The notes: a model not told the origin generated them from the letters alone. A DNA stretch of 63,474 nt from Candidatus Yonathbacteria bacterium RIFCSPLOWO2_01_FULL_47_33b (GCA_001823575.1 MHUW01000017.1:1-63474), one strand, 5' to 3'. Numbered from the stretch's first letter, positions 51,226 to 63,420 are shown. Numbers and translations: made by a program.

Positions 51226-52257
51226 ATGAGCTATCAAAAATCAGAACTTTACTTTATTTTTGCACTCCTCGCAATGGCGGGGACACTCACATTTTTTATT
51301 TTTCAACCATTCCTCTACGCACTTATTTTGGCAGTAATTTTTGCCACCGTGTTTGAACCCGTACACAAAAGGATTCTTGCGGCAACACGAGAGAAGGCGG
51401 GGCTCGCGGCACTCTTGACCACCACGTTTGTCCTTGTGGTTATCGTGGTGCCCGTAACGTTTCTAGGTGTACAAATTTTTAAGGAATCAGTACAACTCTA
51501 TTCTTCGCTCGCTAATAACGGCGGCGGAGACGGCCTCTCTCGTAGTATAGGACAAGTCGTGCAACGTCTGGGAATTCCTTTTTTGCCTACAGAATCTCTT
51601 GAGGTGGGCCAGTATATGAGGCAAGGGCTTGGCTTTTTGGTCAAGAATTTGGATACGGTTTTTTCGAATGTAGCAAAAATAATGGCAGGGATTTTTGTGC
51701 TTCTTATCGCGCTCTACCATTTGTTTAAAGATGGCAGTAAAATAAAAAAAACCGTCATTGCCCTCAGTCCGCTCCACGATGTCCACGATGAAACGATTTT
51801 TAGTAAACTACAATTATCGATTAACTCCGTAGTACGAGGCAGTATTTCGATAGGGGCTATCCAGGGAGTAGTGGCTGCTACCGGCCTCGCTCTTTTTGGA
51901 GTCCCTAGTCCCGTGCTCTGGGGGAGCGTTGCAGCAATAGCTGCGCTGATACCGGGGTTTGGAACATCACTCGTGCTTGTCCCCGCTGTCTTGTTCCTCT
52001 TTTTTACGGGAGCAAGCACGGCTGCTCTGGGGCTCCTTGTCTGGGATATCCTTGCGGTAGGTCTTGTTGATAATGTTTTAGGGCCCAAGCTTATAGGGAG
52101 GGGAACCAAACTTCCTTCCTTTTTGGTACTCCTCTCTATTCTCGGTGGAGTTAGTTTTTTTGGACCTATAGGACTCCTTTTTGGGCCACTTGCTGTCAGT
52201 CTATTTGTTGCCTTTCTTGAGATTTACTCGGCTATCAAGAAGGAGAGTAACTCATAA
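51226..52257 (+). CDS. AI-2E family (PerM/UPF0118) transporter
   Basis: It has a polytopic layout with LFKDGSKIKK...SPL and a C-terminal block GLLFGP. Confidence 0.7.
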   Translation: MSYQKSELYFIFALLAMAGTLTFFIFQPFLYALILAVIFATVFEPVHKRILAATREKAGLAALLTTTFVLVVIVVPVTFLGVQIFKESVQLYSSLANNGGGDGLSRSIGQVVQRLGIPFLPTESLEVGQYMRQGLGFLVKNLDTVFSNVAKIMAGIFVLLIALYHLFKDGSKIKKTVIALSPLHDVHDETIFSKLQLSINSVVRGSISIGAIQGVVAATGLALFGVPSPVLWGSVAAIAALIPGFGTSLVLVPAVLFLFFTGASTAALGLLVWDILAVGLVDNVLGPKLIGRGTKLPSFLVLLSILGGVSFFGPIGLLFGPLAVSLFVAFLEIYSAIKKESNS

Positions 52258-52263
52258 TGTAGT

Positions 52264-52644
52264 ATGAAAGATTTTTTTCACTTTTTCGATAAACTAGAAG
52301 ATCATATTCGCGCGGTGCTTTCTCGGCATAATATTCTCTACGCTTTTATTGGCGGTGTCGCTATTGTGCTCTTTTGGCGTGGCGTGTGGATGACTGCGGA
52401 TATGATACCGTTTCTAACGGGCCCGATGTCTATTTTTATAAGCGTCGTCGTGCTCCTTGGTACCGGACTCTTTGTCTCATTTTTTATCGGGGATAAAATT
52501 ATTATCTCAGGAATTAAAAAAGAAAAAAGGCTGGACGAAAAGGTTGCTTCTGAGGTGAAGACTGAACTCGATATGTTAAGCGACATACAAAAACAGTTGA
52601 GTGGTATTGAAAAGGAGCTAAAAATGCAGAAGGAAAACAATTAG
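52264..52644 (+). CDS. Membrane protein with C-terminal coiled coil
   Basis: It has two TM helices followed by a charged tail. Confidence 0.4.
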   Translation: MKDFFHFFDKLEDHIRAVLSRHNILYAFIGGVAIVLFWRGVWMTADMIPFLTGPMSIFISVVVLLGTGLFVSFFIGDKIIISGIKKEKRLDEKVASEVKTELDMLSDIQKQLSGIEKELKMQKENN

Positions 52645-53011
52645 CTGGATATTCACAAACAGCACTGTACAAAAATTCATTTATGTGCTATACTTTTTGT
52701 AGTTAATTGACCTTTAATCTACAATCAGCAAAAGGAGCTTCGAATGATATTCATCACGATTGACCTGCCAAGCGAAATAACGCCAGGGAGCCAGGAGGCA
52801 GAGAAGTTTTTCCGTAAGAAATTTGCACAACTTGGGAAGGGCTTCCAGATTATTCCATCCTCATACAACAAGTTACCCGGCAAGAATGATGCCTACGTAA
52901 CTTCTTTCATGGCGGTCTCTTTGTAGCCCGCGCCAATTACTAAAGCCGCGCAGTACTCCTGTGCGGCTTTTTCTTTTGCCCTATTTCTGCTAGAATGCGC
53001 GCAACCTTCAT

Positions 53012-53755
53012 ATGGCAGAAAACGGCATACATATATCGCTCGCCGCAGAGCAAGTCGGCACCTTTCTCGGGGTTCCGGTTACCAACACGCTCCTTATGAG
53101 CCTAGTGGTTCTGTTCCTGTTGGGTATGCTCGCGTTTTTTGTACGCAAAAACTTATCACTTGTACCAGGTCGCTTACAGACTCTTGTTGAGACGCTTTTC
53201 GTGGGGATTCTCGACTACATGACAGAGACGCTTGAAGATGCAAAGCTTGCCCGCAAACTTTTCCCTCTTATCCTCACCATCTTCCTCTTTATTTTTACGG
53301 CAAATCTGATTGAGTTTACTCCGGGAATTGGGAGTATCGGCTTCTATCACCCTGACGGGGAGTTCTCACCGCTCCTCCGCTCGATGAATACGGACCTCAA
53401 CACGACCCTCGCTCTCACCCTCATCTCATTTTTCGTTATTGAGTTCACGGGGGTCATTACGCTTGGCGCCTTGAGATATGGGCGGAAATTTGTTAATGTT
53501 ACCTCGGTCTTAGGTTTCATGGTGGGAATCATTGAGCTCTTTTCGGAAGTGGCACGTTTAGTCTCATTTTCGTTCCGTCTCTTTGGAAACATCTTTGCGG
53601 GTGAGGTTATGATATTGGTCATACAGCATTTCGTCCCGATGGTGCTCCCGGTCCCCATTATGGCCTTTGAGGTCTTCGTCGGTTTTATGCAGGCGGCGAT
53701 CTTTGCGCTCCTCACGCTCTTCTTTGTAAAGATCGCGGTCACGGAGCCGCATTAG
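53012..53755 (+). CDS. atpB: F0F1 ATP synthase subunit a
   Basis: It has a polytopic layout and the conserved Arg block SFSFRLFGNIFAGE. Confidence 0.9.
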   Translation: MAENGIHISLAAEQVGTFLGVPVTNTLLMSLVVLFLLGMLAFFVRKNLSLVPGRLQTLVETLFVGILDYMTETLEDAKLARKLFPLILTIFLFIFTANLIEFTPGIGSIGFYHPDGEFSPLLRSMNTDLNTTLALTLISFFVIEFTGVITLGALRYGRKFVNVTSVLGFMVGIIELFSEVARLVSFSFRLFGNIFAGEVMILVIQHFVPMVLPVPIMAFEVFVGFMQAAIFALLTLFFVKIAVTEPH

Positions 53756-53773
53756 GAGTGAATTTAATAATAA

Positions 53774-54016
<243 letters not shown>

Positions 54017-54115
54017 ACGCGCAGAGCGCTTTAGTCTTAAAGTCAAAAGTCAAAAGCAAATGCACCGAATTCGTACCCGCTTTCGACTTTCAGACTTTTA
54101 ACTTTTAACTTAATC

Positions 54116-54559
54116 ATGGAACAAATCATCACCGTCTTTGGTATTAATTGGAAACTCCTACTCATCCAGGGGGTAAATTTTGGTTTGCTTCTTTTTGTGT
54201 TACAGCGTTTCCTCTACAAACCAGTACTGGCAATGGTGGATGTGCGCCGTGCAAAGATTGTGCGCGCAATAAAGGACGCAGAACAGGCAGAGGAAGAGCT
54301 TGGTCTCGCCGAAGTAGAAAAGGCACACATCCTTCGCGAAGCAACGCAAAAGGGTGATGAGATTATCGTTGCCGCAAAGAAACACGCTGAAGGTGAGGAG
54401 CACCTCATTATGAAGGACGCACATCGCAAAGCAGTGCACCTGTTGAACGAGGCAGAGCGTCGCGCCGAGCGCGAACACGAGGAGATGATTGCGAAAGCTG
54501 AGCGTGAAGTCGCGCGCATGGCGGTGCTTGCAGCGGAGAAAGTCTTACGCACCCCATAA
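54116..54559 (+). CDS. atpF: F0F1 ATP synthase subunit b
   Basis: It has an N-terminal TM helix followed by a long charged helix, and its operon position fits. Confidence 0.8.
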   Translation: MEQIITVFGINWKLLLIQGVNFGLLLFVLQRFLYKPVLAMVDVRRAKIVRAIKDAEQAEEELGLAEVEKAHILREATQKGDEIIVAAKKHAEGEEHLIMKDAHRKAVHLLNEAERRAEREHEEMIAKAEREVARMAVLAAEKVLRTP

Positions 54560-54560
54560 T

Positions 54561-54959
54561 ATGAAAGCATCTTGGTACGCAGAAGCGCTCGCTGGAGCTC
54601 TTGTGGGGAAGAATGAGAAGGAGGCGGAAAAAGTAGTCGCACGTTTTTATGAAGTAATAAAAGCGCACGGACACACCGGACTCCTCCCGTTCATTCCTGC
54701 CGAGCTTGAAAAAATAGAGGCTCGCGCACAGGCGCATCGCGAGGCAACACTCGTGACTGCGGACGCAAAGAGCCGTACCAAATGGTCCCACGCGTACGAC
54801 CATTATTATCGCGAGACCCTTTTGCCCCTCGATGCAACACGAAAGGACGTCATAGACGAAACGATTATCGGAGGATATCAGATTCGCACCAAAGACCTCC
54901 TTGTCGACAGCAGTTACAAACGCTCACTCATTGAGCTCTATCAAAAAATTACTAACTAG
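54561..54959 (+). CDS. atpH: F0F1 ATP synthase subunit delta (short OSCP-like)
   Basis: It sits between atpF and atpA. It has the C-terminal block IIGGYQIRTKDLLVDSSYK. The ATG at 54561 follows the atpF stop. Confidence 0.7.
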   Translation: MKASWYAEALAGALVGKNEKEAEKVVARFYEVIKAHGHTGLLPFIPAELEKIEARAQAHREATLVTADAKSRTKWSHAYDHYYRETLLPLDATRKDVIDETIIGGYQIRTKDLLVDSSYKRSLIELYQKITN

Positions 54960-54968
54960 CCAACCATT

Positions 54969-56531
54969 ATGAACACCATTCTTATCGAAAAAATCAGGAA
55001 AGAGATTGAAGCGCTTGAACCAACAACAAAGGTCGAGCGTATTGGTACGGTCGTAAAGGCTGGCGACGGTATTGCCGAAATTGAAGGCCTTAAGGATGCC
55101 ATGATGGCAGAGATGGTTGTTTTTGAAACGACTGAAGGCAAGGCGCTCAAGGACGCACTCGATCACGAGCCGGTGGTTGGCTTTGTCCTCAATCTTGAAG
55201 AAGATTTTGTAAAAACGGTTATTCTTTCTGGCGCAGAGCGTATTCGTGAAGGTATGGTAGTCCGTGGTACGGGCAAGACACTTTCAATCCCCGTTTCTTC
55301 CGCAATGGTTGGACGTGTCGTGAATGCTCTTGGCGAACCGATTGACGGCAAAGGTGCTATTAAAGAAGAGAGTCGTCTCCCTATCGAGCGCATCGCATTC
55401 GGCGTGATTGACCGTTCGGGTGTGGACACACCGCTTCATACGGGTATCAAGGCTATCGACGCAATGGTCCCTATTGGTCGCGGACAGCGCGAGCTCATCA
55501 TTGGCGACCGTGGCACCGGCAAGACCGCTATTGCTCTCGACACTATTTTAAATCAAGGGAGCGAACCAAAAGAAACCCGCCCTATTTGTATCTATGTTGC
55601 CATCGGACAAAAAGAGTCAAAGGTTGCGCGCATCGTAGGCGACCTCGAGGAGCGTGGCGCTATGGCATACACGATTGTCGTAGTTGCAGGCGCATCAGAT
55701 CCTGCGGCTATGCAGTACCTCGCACCATTTACCGGCGCAACCATTGGTGAGTTCTTTATGTTGAAGGGTCAGGATGCACTTGTGGTATATGACGACCTTT
55801 CCAAACACGCGGTAGCATACCGCCAAATGTCACTCCTTCTTCGCCGTCCACCAGGACGCGAGGCATATCCCGGTGATATTTTTTACCTCCATTCACGCCT
55901 TCTTGAGCGTTCAGCAAAACTTTCTGCAAAGCTTGGTGGGGGATCTTTGACCGCGCTTCCTATTATTGAAACACAGCAAGGTGACGTGTCCGCGTACATT
56001 CCTACCAATGTGATTTCGATTACTGACGGACAGATTTATCTTGATACTGATCTCTTTAACAAAGATATGCGCCCTGCTATTAACGTTGGTCTCTCGGTAT
56101 CACGCGTGGGTTCGGCTGCGCAGACCAAGGCGATGAAAAAAGTTGCCGGCAAGATTCGTCTCGAGCTTGCACAGTTCCGTGAGCTCGAAGCATTTATGCA
56201 GTTTGCGAGTGACCTCGACAAGGAGACCAAGGATCGTATTGAAAAGGGTCGTCGTCTTTCGGAGCTTTTGAAGCAGCCCAACGGACACCCAAGCTCGTTT
56301 GAAAAAGAGGTGCTCGCTATTTATGCGGGCGTCTCGGGACTTATTGATGGGGTGAAAGTAGAGGACATGCGTCTCTTTGAGACCAAGCTCATGGAGTACT
56401 TTGATCATCACGCTGCTGGTGTTCTGGAATCAATGCGTAAGGAACGCGCTATTTCTGATGAGAACGAGTCAGAGCTCAAAGCAGCCCTCGCAAGCTTCAA
56501 GAGTGTGCATCACGAACTCTTTATCGCATAA
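54969..56531 (+). CDS. atpA: F0F1 ATP synthase subunit alpha
   Basis: It contains GDRGTGKT and the typical alpha blocks. Confidence 0.95.
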   Translation: MNTILIEKIRKEIEALEPTTKVERIGTVVKAGDGIAEIEGLKDAMMAEMVVFETTEGKALKDALDHEPVVGFVLNLEEDFVKTVILSGAERIREGMVVRGTGKTLSIPVSSAMVGRVVNALGEPIDGKGAIKEESRLPIERIAFGVIDRSGVDTPLHTGIKAIDAMVPIGRGQRELIIGDRGTGKTAIALDTILNQGSEPKETRPICIYVAIGQKESKVARIVGDLEERGAMAYTIVVVAGASDPAAMQYLAPFTGATIGEFFMLKGQDALVVYDDLSKHAVAYRQMSLLLRRPPGREAYPGDIFYLHSRLLERSAKLSAKLGGGSLTALPIIETQQGDVSAYIPTNVISITDGQIYLDTDLFNKDMRPAINVGLSVSRVGSAAQTKAMKKVAGKIRLELAQFRELEAFMQFASDLDKETKDRIEKGRRLSELLKQPNGHPSSFEKEVLAIYAGVSGLIDGVKVEDMRLFETKLMEYFDHHAAGVLESMRKERAISDENESELKAALASFKSVHHELFIA

Positions 56532-56534
56532 AAC

Positions 56535-57512
56535 ATGTCGAATCTTCGCGCCATAAAAGACAAGATCCGCTCCGTCGGCAAGACACACCAGGTCACCAAG
56601 GCTATGGAGGCGGTTTCTGGCGTGAAGATGCGCAAGGCACAAATCTCGGCACTTACGGCGCGCCCCTATGCGCTCGCGGCATTTCGTATTCTTGCCCGCG
56701 TGTCGAGCTCTATCGATCTTTCTCGCCATCCTTTTTTGCGAGCAAGGACTCCCGAGGCAGGGAAGGCACTTGCCCACCAAAATTTTCCTAAAGAAAACTT
56801 AGGCGGGCGCGTGCTCGCGGTCGTGATTACGAGTGACAAAGGTCTTGCGGGAGGGCTTAACAGCTCGCTCCTTAAACGCGTAGTAACCGCACTTGATGAG
56901 CGTGGGGTATCACGCGAGCATACCGGTATCCTTGCGGTTGGACGCAAGGGGGAAGACTACTTTGCACGTCGCGGATACATTCTTGAGGAAAAGATTCCCA
57001 CGATAGGGGATGAAAGTCTGACAACGGACTTTGGTGGTATTGTTGAGCTAGTGTCTAATCTCTTTGCGCGCAACGAATACGATGAGTGTATTTTAGCGTA
57101 TACCAACTTCCGCTCAACGTTTGAACAGGAGCCGGTGGTACGCACGCTTCTCCCTCTCTCAATAGAAGGAATAGAGGAGATGATAAAAGGTATCGCTCCT
57201 GAGAAAGGAAAGTTTACGGAATCAAAGGAGGCAACCGAAAAACTTACGCACAGTGCGGACTATCTCTTTGAGCCGTCACCCGAGGCAGTTCTTGAAACAC
57301 TCCTCCCACGTCTCATCTCCGTCGAGCTTCACCATGCGTTCCTTGAATCAAAAGCATCCGAACACTCAGCACGTATGGTCGCGATGCGGAACGCCTCAGA
57401 CAAAGCCGAGGAAGTAGAATTCCTCCTCACGCGTGAATACAACAAAGCCCGCCAGTCGGCCATCACAAGAGAGATGAGCGAGATTATCGGCGGGATTGAG
57501 GCGATGAGGTAA
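56535..57512 (+). CDS. atpG: F0F1 ATP synthase subunit gamma
   Basis: It begins LRAIKDKIRSVGKTHQVTKAMEAVS and ends ITREMSEIIGG.EA. Confidence 0.9.
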   Translation: MSNLRAIKDKIRSVGKTHQVTKAMEAVSGVKMRKAQISALTARPYALAAFRILARVSSSIDLSRHPFLRARTPEAGKALAHQNFPKENLGGRVLAVVITSDKGLAGGLNSSLLKRVVTALDERGVSREHTGILAVGRKGEDYFARRGYILEEKIPTIGDESLTTDFGGIVELVSNLFARNEYDECILAYTNFRSTFEQEPVVRTLLPLSIEGIEEMIKGIAPEKGKFTESKEATEKLTHSADYLFEPSPEAVLETLLPRLISVELHHAFLESKASEHSARMVAMRNASDKAEEVEFLLTREYNKARQSAITREMSEIIGGIEAMR

Positions 57513-57528
57513 AGTCCGCTCGGCACCG

Positions 57529-57641
57529 TCCTTTTGGTGGGGCGCAGGTTTTTTCCTGCGAAAAACCTGCTAATCCTCGGCGCTTTTCGCGCGGAGTACC
57601 GCACGAACCAAGCAAAGCGCCTGCGGACCCCACCAAAAGGA
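57529..57641. repeat. GC-rich long hairpin immediately after atpG
   Basis: The arm tccttttggtggggcgcagg (57529-57548) pairs with cctgcggaccccaccaaaagga (57620-57641). There is an inner hairpin cgcagg-tttttt-cctgcg. Confidence 0.75.
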
Positions 57642-57996
57642 GATGCCTCGCTCCAAGGAAAGAAAGTGATAGTAGTGCATTTTGTGATATTTTTTGATAT
57701 CATTTTAAATGAAAGTGAGAAGAATTTACGTGGTATTTAAATTACAAAATAATGGAAAATTCAGGCGGTGACTCAATGACTCAAAATAAATTACAACAAA
57801 AGAAAGGTTTCAAATTAGACACGTCTTGGAAAGAGAATAAAGAAGCACTTATTGCAATAATTAAGTGGGCAGTGCTCCTGATTGTAATTAAGACTGGGCT
57901 AGTAATATTTCAATGAGTTTGAATATATTACTGGTATCATAAAACAAAGAACCGAAGACTCAAATAATGATAGTTAAAAATCATTTAATAACGAAC

Positions 57997-58506
57997 ATGA
58001 AACAAACTTTACTGACTGTCGCAATTATTTCTGTTATTTCATTTGTAATGCCGGCTCATGTTTATGCGACTTGGTGGAATCCGTCGTCGTGGCATTTAAA
58101 TAGACAGCAAGCAGGAGTACAAAAAGAATCACAAAATATACCGAGTGATATTCCTGGAGATGGTAGTAAATCTTTTAATGTAAAAACGAATGAAGACTTG
58201 AAGGCAGAAATTTCTACGTTAAAGTCTAGCTTAGATGATTTATATAAAGCGCACAATCGTTTGGTAGATGACCATAACTCACTCCTGAAGTATGTAGATT
58301 CAATAGTATCCCCTAGTAGTAATTTGACCGTAGATACTAATCACATTCTAGGTAGTAAAGTTGCGGACCTAGAAAAAAGCTTGAATTATGTTTGTGGAAA
58401 AATATTCAGTCACCCTCTTAGTTTCAATGGAAAGTGCCCCGCTCCAGGTGGTATTACTGGAAAAATTCTTGAAGATAGGATTAAAAAACTTGAAGGAGGG
58501 TATTAA
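57997..58506 (+). CDS. Secreted coiled-coil protein (AT-rich insertion cargo)
   Basis: It has the signal peptide MKQTLLTVAIISVISFVMPAHVYA and heptad-like segments. Confidence 0.45.
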   Translation: MKQTLLTVAIISVISFVMPAHVYATWWNPSSWHLNRQQAGVQKESQNIPSDIPGDGSKSFNVKTNEDLKAEISTLKSSLDDLYKAHNRLVDDHNSLLKYVDSIVSPSSNLTVDTNHILGSKVADLEKSLNYVCGKIFSHPLSFNGKCPAPGGITGKILEDRIKKLEGGY

Positions 58507-58756
58507 AGTTTATGGCTCCCAATGTGTGATATAAATGGGACAGTATCTACATAGGTGAGTCCTCATTTAACAAAATGACCTACTGGGTATGTAGATGAGA
58601 GGTGTTGCAGCTCCGAAGGTCAGCTCCGAAGGTCCGACCTTTGTAAAAGGTTGCTTGTGTTGTAATTTGGTTTCTTATAAGGGCTCCCAAGGTGAGTCCT
58701 TGGAAAAGAAGCAGTGTGGTGTAATTTTGTTTGATGCAGTTCATTAAATATAAATA

Positions 58757-59000
58757 TCGATACCCGCCACCTTGCGGTGACGGGTATCTCGGAGGCCGAA
58801 GCCCTAATACGTAAAATATATACTACTTGTGAAAGAATTGCAACATTGCGAAATTAAAAGGATTAAAAGGGACAGCCTTTGTTTGATTTTGAGGAGTTAA
58901 AGAAAAACTCAAGGCATTGGCTGCCTTGAGTTTTTCTTTTTCCGCTACCTTGTGGCAGAGTCGGGCCGAGGCCGTTTGTAAATACACTATATACTACATG
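58757..59000. repeat. Two diverged copies of an intergenic element of about 65 nt (ACCTTG-loop hairpin, GC-rich box, ACTATATAC box)
   Basis: Copy 1 is at 58757-58825: ...cgccACCTTGCggtgacgg...tcggaggccgaagccc...atatatactacttgt. Copy 2 is at 58938-59000: ccgctACCTTGTggcag...tcgggccgaggccg...ctatatactacatgt. Confidence 0.6.
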
Positions 59001-59061
59001 TAAATTTATTGCTATGGTCTTGGGTAAAAATACTTAGCCTGTATGTTACAATGAAAACATC

Positions 59062-59535
59062 ATGACGCTTGATCTTGAAAATTTTGAAGAGGTGAGAATA
59101 AAAGGTGAAGAATTTTATAAATCAATTGGCGAGGTTCACTGTCCATATTTCAAAGAAAAAATTTCTTTTGGTTCGCAGGGGCTTGAGCATCTTAAATTTA
59201 AACGGAGAGACAAGGCTCGTCTGGAGCAGGACCAGTATATGAGACTCAAGCTTTTGCACATGGCACCAGAAATATTAAAATCTTCGCATACACTGCAGGG
59301 GCTCCTTGAAACCAAAAAGTTTGAGAGAATACGGGTACATAGTCGAACTGATACTGTTCTGAAACTCGTAAGCTATTATGAATTTATCGCTGTTTTAAAA
59401 AGAAATCGTGTGCGGATAATCATTAAACAGGTAGAAGGCGGGCAAAAATTCTTTTGGAGTATCGTTCCATTTTGGGGAATGAATACAGAGACCATGGGTA
59501 GGATACTGCATGAAGGAGCACCAGAAGAAGACTAA
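59062..59535 (+). CDS. Hypothetical protein (AT-rich insertion cargo)
   Basis: This is a 157-aa ORF followed by the hairpin ccgcc-aaat-ggcgg. Confidence 0.4.
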   Translation: MTLDLENFEEVRIKGEEFYKSIGEVHCPYFKEKISFGSQGLEHLKFKRRDKARLEQDQYMRLKLLHMAPEILKSSHTLQGLLETKKFERIRVHSRTDTVLKLVSYYEFIAVLKRNRVRIIIKQVEGGQKFFWSIVPFWGMNTETMGRILHEGAPEED

Positions 59536-59755
59536 AAACAAAAAATCCGCCAAATGGCGGGTTCTTTGTAGGTGTTTGGTTACAGCTTGAAAGCCGTGAG
59601 AGGGCGAACCCTCCAAACACCTAAATACATGATAGCAAGGGGGTTGTTATAAGTCAAGCAAAATATACAGAGAGGAAACCATCGTTTGCTTGGTTTTTTG
59701 GGTAAAAAATGGTAGAGTTTCGGCATTATGTTGGCTCTGCGGGGCTTGCGAGTGA

Positions 59756-61180
<1,425 letters not shown>

Positions 61181-61186
61181 TTTACT

Positions 61187-61423
61187 ATGCTTAGACTCAT
61201 CGTCGCACAAGTAGACAAAACTCTTTTTGAGGGAGAGATTACACAGGTGACCTGCCCTGGAGAGATGGGAGACCTTACGGTACTTTCGCATCACGCACCC
61301 CTCGTGACACCCCTCCGTGCCGGCGAGCTCAAAATCGTTGACCACGAAGGCGTCGAAACATATATCAAAGTCACTGGCGGTATCCTCGAAGTGGGCTCAA
61401 ATACTGCGACCATACTTCTGTAG
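61187..61423 (+). CDS. atpC: F0F1 ATP synthase subunit epsilon, short form (beta-sandwich only)
   Basis: It is 78 aa. The block VTCPGEMGDLTVLSHHAPLVTPLRAGELKI matches the epsilon N-domain. There is no C-terminal helical hairpin. Confidence 0.75.
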   Translation: MLRLIVAQVDKTLFEGEITQVTCPGEMGDLTVLSHHAPLVTPLRAGELKIVDHEGVETYIKVTGGILEVGSNTATILL

Positions 61424-61452
61424 GCACGAGCAGGAGACGACATAAAAAAGTA

Positions 61453-61482
61453 AAACCCCGACTGCTTGCGCATTCGGGGTTT
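61453..61482. terminator. Hairpin terminator between atpC and the convergent gene
   Basis: The hairpin is aaaccccga-ctgcttgcgcat-tcggggttt. Confidence 0.6.
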
Positions 61483-61494
61483 AAAGAACTAGGT

Positions 61495-62061
61495 TTACAT
61501 TTCAGGGAACCTTGCGAGGATTTTTACGAGCGGGCTTCCTTGGTAGTCTGTCGCTCTGCGTGTTGCGTACTGCGGAGGAAGGTCGCCAGGCTCATCAAGG
61601 AAGGGTGGGTTTTTTACTGCAAGAACCCACTCAAACCAATACGTGCAAAGCTTTTCATCGCGTACGGATGCCACAGTAAGGAAATGAGTTTCTTTTACCA
61701 TCTTGCCCGGGTTGAAGGGGCAAGGGCTCTCGAGAATGTCTTTCGTCCAGGGGACGTTAGCGATTCTCTCAAGATCCTCTGGTGAAAGAAATACAGCCTG
61801 CATTTCTTCTTCAAACTCAGTTGGGCCATAAAAATTAGAGCCCATCAGAATTCTTGCAAATTGCCGCGCAGGGTACTTTGCATAGTCGGGAACATCCTCA
61901 GACCGTTGAAAAGGAACCTTGAAGGTGATGCCTTTATCGTTTGTTACTTCAACATCGGCGATAAAGCGGAACTGACACCTTTCTGGCACAGGGTGCTTTA
62001 AGGGCTTGGTAAAATGAACTGACGCAGGAACATTACTGGGGGTCGAATGGACGATTTGCAT
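61495..62061 (-). CDS. Hypothetical protein
   Basis: This is a 188-aa ORF with an RBS (aaggagaa). Confidence 0.4.
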   Translation of the reverse strand: MQIVHSTPSNVPASVHFTKPLKHPVPERCQFRFIADVEVTNDKGITFKVPFQRSEDVPDYAKYPARQFARILMGSNFYGPTEFEEEMQAVFLSPEDLERIANVPWTKDILESPCPFNPGKMVKETHFLTVASVRDEKLCTYWFEWVLAVKNPPFLDEPGDLPPQYATRRATDYQGSPLVKILARFPEM

Positions 62062-62214
62062 CGCTGTTCTCCTTGGTTGTTTCTCCTGTGTTTGGGTCTC
62101 CTTAAAGGGAAGATCCCTTCAAAGAGAAGTTAATTTTAACAAAAATACCCGGAAACCTCAAACGGCACTTCTACCACTAATTATAGCAGGTTTGTAGAAA
62201 AAGTCAAGCCATCA

Positions 62215-62811
62215 CTACTCACGCTTGTGTGGATTTTCTTCAGCGATATTTTTGAGGATTAGAGGTATCTCTTTGAAGTCTTCTTTAAGGGTTGCGCGGA
62301 GCGAACCATTGTAGAGCGCGGCGGCAGGGTGGTAGAGAGGGAGGAAGTGTTGAATTTTACCAAAGAGCGGCAGAACAGAAACAATGCCGTGTTCCCCAGA
62401 TATTTTTTTGTCAGGAAAGAAGTGGTTCATCGCGTGCCGTCCGAGGAGTACGATGAGGGTTGGTTCGATGAGTTTTATTTCGCCCTCGAGCCATGGAGCA
62501 CACGCTGCAATTTCATCAGATAGCGGATCACGATTTTCAGGCGGTCGATATTTTACGATATTAGTGATGTACACATCCTCTCGTTTCATTTTTATATCAG
62601 CAAGCATCGCTGCGAGAAACTTTCCCGCAGCGCCGATGAACGGTCGCCCCTCACGGTCCTCCTTTGCGCCCGGAGCCTCGCCAATAAACACAATATCGGC
62701 ATCCGCATTGCCGTCACCGAGTACGCCTTGTGTTACAGTTTTGCGTAGTTCGCAGGTGCACTCCGCGAGCCATTTGGCATTGAGTTCTCTAAGCTTAGCT
62801 GTTTTGTTCAT
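62215..62811 (-). CDS. Uracil-DNA glycosylase, family 4
   Basis: It contains VFIGEAPGAKEDREGRPFIGAAGKFL and a late His block. Confidence 0.85.
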   Translation of the reverse strand: MNKTAKLRELNAKWLAECTCELRKTVTQGVLGDGNADADIVFIGEAPGAKEDREGRPFIGAAGKFLAAMLADIKMKREDVYITNIVKYRPPENRDPLSDEIAACAPWLEGEIKLIEPTLIVLLGRHAMNHFFPDKKISGEHGIVSVLPLFGKIQHFLPLYHPAAALYNGSLRATLKEDFKEIPLILKNIAEENPHKRE

Positions 62812-62913
62812 GTGCTGATTTTAGCACACCAGAGCAAGCACTTGCCAGAATACATTTTACGTGTTAATGTGGGCGCAGGCAGTTTTTTATCAACAAGAAA
62901 AAGGAGAGTTCGT

Positions 62914-63330
62914 ATGGCTTGGTTTATGAAGTTTTTCTACGGGAGACCTGTTTACGCTGTTAAATTCATTAACATCGATTGCGACAAGCGTATGTTCTTG
63001 GATCATATTCATGCGCATATCCATCGCAATAATGATATTGACCTGATCGAGAAGTATGGACTTTCGATTCGTACCGCAAAGACACTTATGGGGCAGCAAT
63101 GGTTCATTACTGACATGGGCAATCTCGTACGCGGTGAAACAAAAGGACTCATGCCTCTTCATGTTCGGATACCAATCGACTGCAATCTTGATTTCCTTTC
63201 TTCTTGCGGCCGCGAAAAAATGAACAGAAGCTATGCAAACGTTCCTGTTCACATTAAAGGTTTCCATTTGGAAGAAAATGGGAAAGTTGATTCTTCTGGT
63301 GGATTTAGAATTCTCTTTAAGAAAAAATAA
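62914..63330 (+). CDS. Hypothetical protein
   Basis: An RBS (aaaggagag) precedes the ATG at 62914 inside track ORF 62812..63330. Confidence 0.4.
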   Translation: MAWFMKFFYGRPVYAVKFINIDCDKRMFLDHIHAHIHRNNDIDLIEKYGLSIRTAKTLMGQQWFITDMGNLVRGETKGLMPLHVRIPIDCNLDFLSSCGREKMNRSYANVPVHIKGFHLEENGKVDSSGGFRILFKKK

Positions 63331-63395
63331 AACCGGCAACCTTGTGTTGTCGAACCGTCTAGCACTATATGCTTGGCGGTTTTTTTATAAAAAAT

Positions 63396-63420
63396 AGCCC
63401 CGCACTTAATATGCGGGGCT
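63396..63420 (-). terminator. Terminator hairpin for a minus-strand gene beyond the right edge
   Basis: The hairpin is agccccgc-acttaatat-gcggggct, with the T-run on the minus strand (tataaaaaata on plus). Confidence 0.5.

Noticed and set aside
52744-52926. This is a 60-aa ORF upstream of atpB.
   Set aside because: It has no motif and a weak context. It could be a small protein, for example an AtpI-like or atpZ-like position. It lacks hydrophobic helices, so it is left unannotated.
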